Assembly (NCBI GenBank): GCA_946965045.2
Contig: OX337233.1
Span: forward strand, 1,426,001-1,490,000
DNA: 64,000 nt
Source of the DNA: Epithemia pelagica
Taxonomy: Eukaryota; Protista; Bacillariophyta
Direction: 5' to 3'
Position 1 is the first letter of the stretch; each line of letters opens with the position of its first letter. Below, one piece after another: positions 10,192 through 21,646 of the stretch. The translations under genes were made by a program, and so were the position numbers. Under the pieces are notes generated by a model, which did not search any database, was not told where the DNA came from, and saw only the letters and a program-made list of their open reading frames with translations.

Positions 10192-13100
10192 TTACTCTTG
10201 CATTGGTTTGACATCGTCCTCACTGGAGACTTCTTTATCCTTTTCGTCATCTCCGTCCGTTGCTTTGGCGGTGTCTTCTTGGTCTTCCGTCATAGTCGGA
10301 ATGCTTGGGGGTGGAGGAGTCCACTCAAAAGGTTCCGGAGGAGGTAGTTCGCCGTCTGGTTCCAACGAAGGAGCCATTACCGCAGCCACATCTTCTTCTT
10401 CCTCGGGAGTGCTATCGGTAAGCACAATCACGCCATAGGGCCGTTCATTGGGACGAATAGGGCGGTATCGTTGAGTCAAATCAAACTCGCAAAACTCCGA
10501 TTGGGCCTTGGTAATGCGAGCAGGATTGCCGATACGGAACGTCGTTGGTTCGGGCTGTCGCTTTTTCTTCTTTTCAGTACTAGCCTCGTCCTCTTTTTCT
10601 TCCTTGCTACTCCCTTCCTTGTCTTTAGTGGTCTCAACTTCCATGGCATCTCCGTCCTCGGTAGATTCCTTCTTTTCACCAGCTGTCGCATCCGACATGA
10701 CAGCTTCTTTGGTACCCGTAGACTCTCCAGCAACTGCCTTGCCTTCTTTGGCCCGTTTACGAGCTAAGCGGGCTTTTTCTTTCGATGTGGTCGACAAAGT
10801 CACAGTTTCGACGCGCTTCTTCTTTTCTTCCTTCTTCTCCTCAAGCTTTTTGGGGTAGGCAAATGCACTTGGTTTCGAATTGCAGATAATTTCAAAGCCA
10901 GCATTGGCTTTCGGGTACTTGAGATTCTTGTTGAGACCAATCGTCAGTGTTGGAGTAAAGGCCAAGCTCAACATGTGCATCATGGGGTACCAATGCCAGT
11001 GTTGGAGCCAGAGGGCAACGCCTACGGCACTTGACATTTTTGTGAAACCGTTGCGAGAATTCAAACTGATGGTGCAATTTCGACCACCCGCATCGAGAAT
11101 ACCAGTGGAAAGGGTGGCACCCATTTTGGTAAGCATACTTTGGTGCTTCTCGGTGACAATCGTGGCCAACTTTTCGCGGAACGCCCGTAGCTTGCCCCGC
11201 TGTGGGTTCGTCGCGCTAGTGCTGCCATCACTCTGTTGCATGTAGATCATGGAGGTACCCATGAGTGCACCCTGTCGAACGTAGTCAGTCATGTCATCCA
11301 GCATGGGCTCAAGCATGGCAATGGATTCGGCATCACCCGTGCCTGCCATGGCAATTCCCACTGCCATGCAACTCGCATATCGCACATTGGGATTGAATGA
11401 TTCCAACAAAAGCTTGACAAGCTCCGGAACCCGTTGCGGGGTTTTGAACAAAACAAATGCCAATCCCAACACAGCCGCCATGCGGACATCATCCGATACA
11501 TCGCTCACTGCAGTGTGCAAAAGGATACGAATGGCCTTGTTAGAACCAGTACCACAATAGGCCAAAGCGAGAGCGTATTGAGCACCATATCTCATGACGG
11601 GATCACGATCGCTCCTCATTTCTTCAATCAGTGTGTCCGCATTTTCCTCTTGCCCGAAATTCATGAGAGCCAGTCCCATGGCAATGCCTCGAATAATCTT
11701 CTCATGTTGCGTGACCCTGGCGTAATTCTTGAGTTCGACGACGATTTCGGCCATTTCTTCCTTGCCGGCCGCCGACAAACTGTCCGGGAGGTTATTGGAG
11801 GTGTTTCCAGCGCCGGTCCCTACCAACACCATACCAATGGCCATACCGGCTGCTTCACCGGCAACGGCAGAGTCGGTATCCAACAACTGTTTGAGTTCAT
11901 GGACAATCGCAAGATCGGCTGTACCCATGGCCGTCAAACCAACTGCCAAGGCAGCTCCATGACTAATCGCTTCGTTCGCGTGCGAAATCCTCAAATGCGA
12001 CCGCAAATACTCGGTTGCTTCACTCCGCTTCTCGGCCGAAGAGCCGGCATTGGCGCCGTGAATCAGCCCGAGAGCGTAGAGAGATCCTCCTTCCGAATAT
12101 CCACCAGCGGTGGAAATATTGGCAGCGGCATCTCCTGTTTCCGGTAGTTTGGGGAGGTAGGGTTGCAACAAATGCATGGCTTCCGAGATGTGGGCCGCAT
12201 GAATGACACCCAAACTCGCTGTGGCCGAAAATTTGGCCCTGTGAAAATCAACAAGCGTTAGAGGTGCTCTGGGAATGGAATACAATCGCCATCAAAACCA
12301 TTGAACCTACCAATTGGATGCCTTTTTCATCCAATCCAAATGATCACGCAAAAAGGAATCATTGGTGGTTCCGGCATACAAGTAGGCATGCGTCAACACG
12401 GCAGCCGTGTGTAAGACCGAGTTGCGCGAAGATCCCGAACTTCGTTCTTCCAAGGAACGCTTCAAATTCTCTAATATCAGTCGGTCCGCATGCGATTGTT
12501 TGTGCAAGAAACTAAGAGACAATTCGGCCGAAAAACCACCCACAAGAATGCGTTGTGCTTGATCCAGGCGTTTGGAAATGTTCGTATCGGGTTCCTCCGA
12601 GGACGGCCATTCCTTGGGCATTTCCTGGGCAACCAAAGACACGAATGCCTGGTCACCGCTGTCCATGAGATCAAAACAGAGCTGCAAACCCAGTAGACTG
12701 GCGGGCGACGCTTCCGTTTCACTCGAATCAGTAGAAAGTGTAGTGAGCAAGGACGTCAGAACCTGGGCTGCCGCCAAAGGCTGATGAAGAAGTTGATGAA
12801 CGAGGACCAAATGAGGAGCTGTCGCCATCTTGTCGTCTCCAGGGACGGACAACAAACATTCCGCAATCACTGCCAATGTTTCGTTCCGAAATGATTTGCT
12901 AGACACCACGTTGGTGGCCAAATGAATGCCATGTTGCAAGAGTTTCAAATCGTAGCCTGATTGTTCGACAATGTATTTGACCTTGTTCACTTGTCGTGCT
13001 TCGAGTGCCATACCCAAAGCATGTGAATGATTTCCGGCCTGACAGGAAGTTTCCAGCAATCGATCCACCATGGCCTGCAATTGATCCTTGGGCAATTGTT

Positions 13101-13575
13101 GCTGTTCCTTGTCGGCTTCCTCCATGGCCGAGTCCGCCTCAGCCGTCGATGCCGAGACATAGGCATCCAAGGCGGCCGCAACCAAACGTTGTTCGTAGGC
13201 TGCTACAGCCGGTGATAAGTCACTTTCCGCCGTCATCATTGGATTAAAGTATTCCGGTCCAGCCACCAAGGCCAATCGCAATGCTTGTGTTGGTTCCTGT
13301 AAATGGAAAAATACACGAGAAGCGACGGCCGCCGCCAAACGAGACAAGGCTTGCTGTTCCTTGTCCGTCGCTTCTTCTTCGGCCATGGCTTCCAAATCGG
13401 GTAAGGCCTCAGCCACTTCGGACCACAAGACATCCACGCATTCCAACAACTTTTCCAACGCCACTCGGCGCAAGGCAATGTCTTCTTCTTGCAACAAGGC
13501 AATCCATCCACTTGCTGTGGTCGCTGAAGAACCAGCTGTAGGTGCTCCGCTCGAGGTAGACATGACGGACAACAT
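10192..13575 (-). CDS. RPN2: 26S proteasome regulatory subunit Rpn2/PSMD1 (~1103 aa)
   Basis: join(complement 13575..12311,12238..10192). A 72-bp GT-AG intron restores NWAKFSATASLGVIH. PC repeats and VRYASCMAVGIA, DMTDYVRQGALMG and WYPMMHMLSLAF motifs are present. Confidence 0.97.
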
Positions 13576-14425
13576 GGTTAACAGGCTGAAGTGTGGGCTG
13601 TGTCAAAGCGAAGATCGTATCCAGGAACAATGTCTGCACGATTTTTTCTGTTCCCGCTTGCACGGATTCTTCCAATGTCAATCTCAGCAGACGACCGAGG
13701 AGATGAGTTATATCACCGTTGCACCAAAAAAAGGACAGATTCTCGACCGGACACTCAGATCAATGGCCGTTCATCAATGCGGTTGTGGACATGGAGTGAA
13801 AATCCTTGTGCTTCCAATCACATCCACAAAAAAGCACGGGGTGAAAGAAAAGATGCGCGTGACTTGGGACTTGGGACCGATCTCGGGGAAACCGGGATCC
13901 GGTAGAAATCACGGCTACTCTTGCTATATGATCGGCAAGAGTCCTGAGGCTCTAGGTAATCTCTCATACTCCTATGCCTAGAGGGTACCTAGTTAGTACA
14001 CCAAGACGTAAGTCGCCATCATCATCTCCACATGGCGATGGAGGTCCCACTTTCCTCATTGCGTCAAGAGAGAATTATGGAAAAGGTCGGGTCATGCGCA
14101 CAAACTAGGTTCTCCCAGTACAACAGGAAAAGATGATTTTACTCGACAGATTGGTAACTACTCCTATGTGTTATCTCTAGAAAACTCGAGGAAGCACGTT
14201 TATAGAAGAGACTATGTGATCGTTGATTGTGAGACTCCAATGAAGAGAGAAATACGAAGACGCTCCATGAGAGGTTCTATAGGTAGGAATGTAAGCAAAC
14301 GAGAGGACAAAGTAACCGAGAGAAACAGATTATATTCCATTCAATACGAAATGGGAGCAGTTGTGCTATCTTCTTGCTCCGATACAAATATGCGCAATGT
14401 AGTATCCTGTCGTCGTCGTTCGTAC

Positions 14426-15793
14426 TCATCCCAAAAAGAGCGCAAATGGACCAATACCAGTCGAAATAAAGTAGGGATGCAACAGAATTTGGAAGACGCC
14501 CGGTCGTTTTGCCGGATTGAGATCCAGACACTGTCGAATCAAATCTTTCAGTTTGGGATCAATATCGATATCGTCCAAGCTAATTTTGGGTTTTGTTCGA
14601 AGCGTTTTGGTGATTTGAACCGGTGTTTTGCCATCCCAGTAGCCCTTCCCAACTGCCAATTCATACAACATCATACCAAAGGACCAAACGTCGTAGTTGT
14701 ACTCCAGAACAAAGTACGGCCCATCTCCTGCCAAAAAGGCTTCTGCAAATTCGGGGGGTGTCGCTTCAGGACTGTAGTCCACAGGGCTGTCCTTGTGCGG
14801 CATGGCTGATTCCAAATCAATGCCCTTGACCTGACCATCCGAGGTGACGACAAAATTTTCCGTCTTGAGATCTGTCCACACGAGACCTGAATTGTGCACG
14901 GCTTGCAAGCATTGCGCCGCCGCAGCGGCCGCATCGCGAAGTTCCTTGCCCTTGAGGGCACCATTGATACTAATGTACTTTTTCAAATCCACCGTTCCCC
15001 GTTCTACCACAATTGCAGATTGTGTGCTCAACTTTTTGGTAATGACCGATGCAGTTGGCAAGTAATCGTAGAGCGTGACAAACTGTCCCCTCGTCATACC
15101 TTCCTTGGTGATGCGGTTGTAGTTTGCGGCCTCTCGTTCGAGTGCCTCCCAGTTTCCCGATACCTTCACCGTGACGGGGTCTCCATTGGGCAACCCATCG
15201 CTATCGGCTCGGTATCCCTTATAGATAAAGGATTTCCCTGAAGTGCTCTTTTGAGGACGAGCAGCCAGCAAGTATTGTACCCTATCATCACCAACCACGT
15301 CTCCCGTCAAGTCCTTGTCGGCCAGTGCCCGTCGCTGGAGTTCTTGAACCGACACTGCCGTCGCTTTGCCATTGGCCTGTCCTGCTGGCACAATAATCAT
15401 GGCTGGATTTCCGAGCGTGTACTTTGATCCACTAATCGTTGCCACAGTCTTGCTCTTTTTGGCCAGCCTTGGATTTAACAATGGAGATGTCGTAATGGAT
15501 TCCTTGTCGGGGATGGACGGATGACCCATGATCTCACCCATAATTCGACCATTGGTCAGAATCTTCCAGTTTTCTATTACCGGGGCGTTTGCTGCCATGA
15601 GAAGTGAACTCTTGACAGAGGATGGTCTCGGTTGGCCGTGCATTCCTCCAGCAAAGGGCGGTCTTCGTAATATGGCATCTTGTTGTGGCGACAAGGCCAC
15701 TTTTCTTGGTTGATGCGACACAAACGATTCAGCAACTTCCACGCCAAGCGTGACGGCCAGCGCCATTACCAACCAGGAGCCAAACCTCTTCAT
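14426..15793 (-). CDS. Ser/Thr protein kinase with bipartite plastid-type presequence (~455 aa)
   Basis: Signal peptide MKRFGSWLVMALAVTLGVEVAES|F followed by a transit-like stretch. Kinase motifs VTVK, LVWTDLKTEN, IDLE, TPPE and DVWSFG. Confidence 0.85.
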   Translation of the reverse strand: MKRFGSWLVMALAVTLGVEVAESFVSHQPRKVALSPQQDAILRRPPFAGGMHGQPRPSSVKSSLLMAANAPVIENWKILTNGRIMGEIMGHPSIPDKESITTSPLLNPRLAKKSKTVATISGSKYTLGNPAMIIVPAGQANGKATAVSVQELQRRALADKDLTGDVVGDDRVQYLLAARPQKSTSGKSFIYKGYRADSDGLPNGDPVTVKVSGNWEALEREAANYNRITKEGMTRGQFVTLYDYLPTASVITKKLSTQSAIVVERGTVDLKKYISINGALKGKELRDAAAAAAQCLQAVHNSGLVWTDLKTENFVVTSDGQVKGIDLESAMPHKDSPVDYSPEATPPEFAEAFLAGDGPYFVLEYNYDVWSFGMMLYELAVGKGYWDGKTPVQITKTLRTKPKISLDDIDIDPKLKDLIRQCLDLNPAKRPGVFQILLHPYFISTGIGPFALFLG

Positions 15794-16337
15794 TTCGACT
15801 GATCTCAAACTCAAACAAGTCGTCTGGACAATAAAGAAAACACTTTCTTGGTCAAGGACCAGAGCGGATGCTTCAAAGATTTTTGAAGTTGATCCTTTTG
15901 GAAAATCAATGGAACAGGGCGAACGAACCAACAACGGCGGTGCGCGCGCGGGCATGGTAGCTGGACGACGTGCGTGACGTGTAACGTAGGCGCATGACAG
16001 CGAAACGTCACCCTTGATCTAACAAACTCTGGGGTGTGGGGGACAACCAGAAGCATTCCACGTGTACCGCATACAGAATTATTTTGGCGAGTGTGAGTCT
16101 GCCCCCCTTCTCGCACGTGCCCGGAGGCAGTAACAATTAACAATTATCGTCTTTCTATCATTTAGGTAGTGTAGGTCACACCCATATCGTACAGTACACT
16201 ATATCCACTGACTGCAGACGGACGGATGGACTGCTCAGTCCCGATTTGAGTTCGTCACACAATGCAAAACAGGATTGAACTATTGCGAGTTGCGCATGCA
16301 AGAAACGAGCTCTTTTCGTCAAGTAGGAGTAGGAGTA

Positions 16338-16942
16338 AGGGCTGGGGATACCGATCCATGTACATCTAAGTAGGCTCAGTACAAAAGCTACGTAGAGTAC
16401 ATAAAATCCCATAGTACACGTCACCCCAGAAATGGTCGGAAGTCCAAAAAAATGCAAAAACACTCCACGATGACGGCGAGATCCAGTGATGCCGCATGCA
16501 TTCACCCATGCATCGCATTAACATCCAACCACCGTAAGTCCATTGCCTTTACCTTTGAAATTGTTGTCTCAAATTACAGAAGATTTTCCGAGTTGGCTGA
16601 AAAGGTACGCTCATTTTTCTGCAGTGATGAAATCGAACCACCGCCCCAACTCACTCATTTTTCAATGCTGACTCGACCGAATTGAAAGCATAGTCACTCT
16701 AGTAGTAGATAATCTTATTGTCAAAGCGGTCGAGTCAAGCTCTATTATTGAGGAAGTTATGGCCATGGGGGTGACGGCTTCCACCATTGTCGAGCGATGG
16801 CTTCCAATTTGCATTGTTTATTGTGGCAGCAAGTTTTCAATTTGAGACCATCCGCCCCACTTGTTACACTGATGAAAATAGTACTACGTAGGTTAATGTA
16901 CTGAGCCTACTTAGATGTACATGGATCGGTATCCCCAGCCCT
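16338..16942. mobile_element. MITE / non-autonomous TIR DNA transposon (~605 bp)
   Basis: Perfect 45-bp inverted repeats GGGCTGGGGATACCGATCCATGTACATCTAAGTAGGCTCAGTACA at 16339-16383 and 16897-16941 (46 bp including the flanking A/T). Imperfect subterminal extension CTACGTAG. TA lies on both sides (16336-37, 16943-44). No internal transposase. Confidence 0.9.
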
Positions 16943-17222
16943 TACCTAGTTCTTTCCCCCCGTTTTCTTGCGAAAATGACCGCATTCAACACCGAAAAAG
17001 GTGAAGGCGACGACAACGTCCACCTGTTTTCGACCATTCCTGCGACAAGCAAACAAGCAAACAACAGAACATATCATATCTCCCACTCTCGTCCCATTGC
17101 TGAAGCTCACAATAATTTGACCGCTTGATTGCTCAGTCCGAGTTCATGGAACCATCTCTGCACAGTTCCTGCAATTGAAAAGGTGCATCCCTTGATTTTG
17201 AGAGAATCTTGACAGTACTACA

Positions 17223-19551
17223 ATGGCCACATTAGTGATGGAACCCGAAGATGGAGAGCTTCCAAAGCCGGGAGCCTCTTTGGAAGAGGACAAGGGCTCA
17301 ACCACGTTGCAGTACAAGGATATGTATGAACAAAAAGATCGCTTGGCGTCTGGTAGCTTTGGAACTGTCTATATCGCGGAACATCGATCCACCAAAGCCC
17401 AATATGCGGTAAAAGTGGTGGATCGATCACGCTTGTCGGAAAAAGATCATGATCTTGTCAATCGCGAAGTGGGTATTCTCAAGGATTGTCGAGATATTGA
17501 ATCCATTGTGCGTCTCGTCGATTTCTTTGAGTCACCCACTCATTATTACGTCGTGCAAGTGTATGCCCGTGGAGGTACGTGTGTATCGAAACTCAGATTT
17601 CGTGGCAAAACAATAGATTGTGTCCAGGAATTCACAATTGCTTTTGATTTAACTGTGGACGGGCAACACGACAATGGTTTATTCTTGCAGGGGACGTCTT
17701 TGAAAGACTGGCCAATGTCACAATTTATTCCGAAAAGCATGCACGTGATTTGGCCATCCACTTGTTGAAAGCAATCCAACATTTGCACGATCGCAAAATT
17801 GCGCATCGCGATTTAAAGCCGGAAAACCTACTGTTGCTGGAAAAGGAGGACGATTCGCAAATTTTATTGGCGGATTTTGGCTTTGCCAAATATGTACCGG
17901 AAGATTTGCTGCGCACTCGATGTGGCACACCAGCCTTTGTGGCACCCGAACTGTTGGTGAATGACTGCCGTTACGATGAGCGCGTAGATATGTGGTCTTG
18001 CGGTTGTCTCTTGTACATGCTCTTGGGAGGTACGTGTCTATTGATTTGTGACCATCCAACTTTTCTTGGCCCGAGTCGTTGCCTAACCATGTCGCCTTGT
18101 ATGCAGGTTACCCTCCTTTCCAGGATAAGAGTCATCAGGGGCTTTTCCGAAAGATTCGAGGGGCGGATTTTACGTTTCATGACGCTTACTGGAAGAATGT
18201 AACAATTCCTGCCAAAGCCTTGATTGCGAATTTGTTAACGACAGATCCAGCATTCCGAACCACGGCAAAACAGGCAGTTCATGACAGCGTTTGGCTCAAA
18301 CTGCGAGCGGCCGAACTGGAAAAGAATATTCTCAATGATTCTATTAGCGAATTTAAAAAGTTCAATGCGAGCCGCTCGAAATTCAAAGGGGCGGCGCAGG
18401 CTGTCTTGTGGTCTGTCAAAGCCAACATGCTTAGCAGCAAGAGTATGAGCAAAGTCTCCGACGATGGAGCTCATGGTCAGGATGCAAGCATGGCAAAACG
18501 CGTAGACAATGCCCTTATACATGCATCCAAATCAGCGGAGTCATTTAATGAAGTGTATGAGTTGAAAGAGAAATTGCACAAATCAAGCTCGGCGCAAATT
18601 TGGGCCTGTACTCACAAGGAATCAAATGAAAATTATGCCGTAAAAATCATTCCAAACACTCCCGGACGCAAGTCGGTGACGGGCAAATCTGTTAGTGATT
18701 CGATTCATCATGAATTGGCGGTACTAAAGGGAGCAAAGCACTCTCATATCATTGAAATTATTGACTTTTTTGAAGACAAAGACAATTTCTATTTGGTTAT
18801 GGAACGAATGGACGGTGGTGATGTCTTTGATCGTATTATCGACATGAACAAATACACCGAAAAGGATGCCCGTGATTTAGCAAAATTTTTGCTGGAGGCT
18901 GTCCATTTGCTTCACACAAAGAATATCGCACACCGTGATCTGAAACCGCAGAATATTCTCTTGAAATCGAAAAAAGACAATGCCAATATCAAACTTGCCG
19001 ATTTTGGGTTCGCCTGTCGTGTCCACACACCACAATCTCTCACCACACGGTGTGGAACACCCACATATGTGGCGCCTGAAATTCTAAAGAATATACCATA
19101 CGATCAATCGGCAGATATGTGGAGTGTGGGTGTCATCTTGTATGTTCTTCTTGTTGGTTATCCACCCTTTTCGAGTGAGAATCAAAATGTTTTGTTCCAA
19201 AAGATCCGAACAGCTGACTACAATTTCCGAGACGTTGATTGGAAGACGATATCTCCACAAGCCAAAGAATTGGTGGAACATCTTCTGGTAGTGGACCCCG
19301 TGCAACGATGGACGGCCAAGAGAGCTCTGGAGTGTGATTGGTTGAAGGTTGACGAAGCCACTATGGACCAGACGGATTTATCTGGAGGCGCCGCCAAGAA
19401 GATTCGGGAACGAAAGCGACGATTCTTCAGTGTTGCTAAATCTATCATGTGGATGAGATCAAGCAGTCGACGAGTTGTCAATAAGAATGAGGAGCACGAG
19501 AAACCGTTGGAGGCACACGACTTTCGAGGGAAAGATGCGGCTGCGCATTAA
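17223..19551 (+). CDS. Tandem (two-domain) CaMK-family Ser/Thr kinase (~711 aa)
   Basis: join(17223..17574,17691..18029,18107..19551). Two sets of YAVK/HRDLKPxN/DFG/CGTPxxVAPE motifs, each followed by a basic amphipathic CaM-binding-like helix. Confidence 0.93.
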
Positions 19552-19939
19552 CTCTCAGTGTTGCCATTATATTTTCTTCTGAGATGATGACTGTCATTCA
19601 CTTCATTGCATGCTCGGGATGCTTAGTTGTTAAGTTTTTCTAACTAATTTAGGGTGTTAAGTCAAATGTATCATTGTGTCTATGTCTATCAACATTTATA
19701 CTAGCAGAACAAGGGGTTCGAGGCAGACGTGTTCCATGATTGGATCAAATATCCTCCATGTTTAACTTCGTCAAGTCATCGTAAGCAGCAACAAGGCGAG
19801 GTCATCTACAGACCAACCTAAGCGTTACCTGTTGTGAGCTCTCTCCAGCAAGTTATCAACGCGTCGGTCACGCTGAAACCTCAAAGGACCATGGGAGGAA
19901 GGGATCAACACTCGACCCAAATTTATGAGTAAGGAGAAC

Positions 19940-20127
19940 CAGTGTTGGTCACCAGCTCACAACTCGGGTGGTTCGTCAGGTAAGGGACCAAAGGAAACTT
20001 CTGGAGTGCGGTTTGACAGTCCCCGTAACGCCATTGACAGTCCCCGCAACAGTGTTGGTCACCAGCTCACAACTCGGGTGGTTCGCCAGGTTAGGGGACA
20101 TAGGACACTTCTCTGGAGTGCGGTTTG
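19940..20127. repeat. Diverged tandem duplication (period 110 bp) overlapping the bestrophin stop codon
   Basis: Copies at 19940-20015 and 20050-20127 share an identical first 36 bp and last 15 bp. The spacer holds two copies of TGACAGTCCCCGYAAC (20014-20029, 20035-20050). Confidence 0.9.
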
Positions 20128-21646
20128 TCCACATCATTCCCCGCCAAATCTAATTGGGTCCATTCCAACAACTCCTGCTCCTGATTGGCTTCCTCCAAAG
20201 CCGAGAGCCGCCGCTTCATTTGATCCGTCCCATACATGACATCCTGATAAATGGCATCACATAAAATACTGAGTCGGAGCGACCCCTGAAATGGATCTTC
20301 AATGGTGTATCCAATCTGGACGAACCATTCCAATCGTACAACAACAACAACAAGTCAGACGTAGTACCGAGGCACGACAACGATTCTCCGTGTGGCATCC
20401 TTACCTGATAAATCCCATAGAGCAGCCAGGCCGCAAAGCCCATGACGGGACCCGTCAAGAGTCCAAAATCGCCCACGAGCGCAAAGGGAAGTGTAAACAA
20501 CCAGAGCGTCAAGGACCGCAACGAATGGCGGGCATAATTCAAGGGGACGGCCGTTTGGTGGATCCGCTCACATTCTCCCACGGCCTGTGACAATTTGCCA
20601 ATTTGGCTGAGAAACTGTAATCGTTCGCGGCTGGTAAAGGAGCTGGATTCATTGTCGTAGGGCACTTGGGAGGCTTCCAAACTAAGTCGGTCGCAAACCC
20701 ACAGGGGCCGATTGGACGACTGAACACATCGTTCCAAGGCTTTGGGTGGTAACAAACACCACGGCGTGGAGCGACGATCTACCCAATGAAAGTTGCGATG
20801 GTTCTTGCTGCCCTCCTCCTCCTTGTTTGGACCACCAAACATGCCTCGTCGTGATCCGCGTTTGCTTCGCACACCATTGTAGTTGAACCCTCGGAGATCG
20901 GGCAACAACAAACCGTAGGGTTTCTCGACCGCCTTGACATCACTGTGTGGTTGTACATGTTGATGGAGTAAATAGGGAAAGGCGGCCAACAACCTCAAGA
21001 CTCGTTTCAATCGGGGAGTCCCCAATTCTGTGGCGTACAAGACGGCATAGCGACTCAAATTGCGACTTTCGGAATGAATGCGTTCCCAGATTTGGCGCCC
21101 CTCGGCAAACCTTTGATAGGCCGAGTTGGTTCGAAACACCAAGAGCAACCCAAGTGCACTCACGAGAAAGGAATGCGGTCGCGAGGACAAGCACAAGGCA
21201 TGGGCCAACCGAGTCCATCCTTGTACCATGGCGCCCCGATGCACCAACGACACCAAGGTGGACCACGCCACAACCACCAAGACTGGACCCCGGATGGCCC
21301 GCAAAATGGTCGATCGCGGGAGACTCCGAATGTTTTGCAGCCAATCGGAGGCGGCATACCGATGGTCGCTGGGGTTGTAGTACGCAAAGACCCCTCCATT
21401 GTCCAACAGCTGACTGGATTCGTCGTCCGTAAGGGATAACAACGGTTGCCGAGGATGCTTGAGAGTAAACGAATGACCATGCGTTCGACTTTGCCTCGTT
21501 ACGACCGTGTGCGCAAAACCAGCCACTCCGGAGGGAAACACCCCCGTTTCCATTCGGCCGTTGCAAAGGGACAAATCCATTGTGGTGAACGCAGTGAGAA
21601 GCAGGAGATTCCAAGTGCTATGTCGATGGGAACGCTTCATGGTCAT
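20091..21646 (-). CDS. Bestrophin-like anion channel (UPF0187/VCCN1/BST type), probably plastid-targeted
   Basis: join(complement 21646..20405,20315..20091) with an 89-bp intron. Motifs LGLLLVFRTNSAYQRFAEGRQIW, CERIHQTAVPLNYARH and IGYTIEDPF. N-terminal signal-like sequence with VAGFAH; exact start uncertain. Confidence 0.92.

Noticed and set aside
14395-14412. TGTAGTATC resembling the U2 snRNA branch-pairing sequence
   Set aside because: No other U2 sequence or Sm site in register.
19583-19700. ATGATGA box-C-like motif downstream of the CaMK gene
   Set aside because: No box D (CTGA) or terminal stem at an appropriate distance.
19710-19725. GGTTCGA T-loop-like string (also near 50377)
   Set aside because: No cloverleaf stems or D-arm could be formed around either site.
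19940-20127. Repeat-spacer-repeat pattern resembling a mini CRISPR array
   Set aside because: Only two long diverged units, overlapping a eukaryotic CDS end, with no cas genes; this is a local duplication.
14426-21646. Adjacent plastid kinase, CaMK and bestrophin as a functional cluster
   Set aside because: Mixed orientations and no shared sequence evidence; gene order in such genomes is usually not functional.
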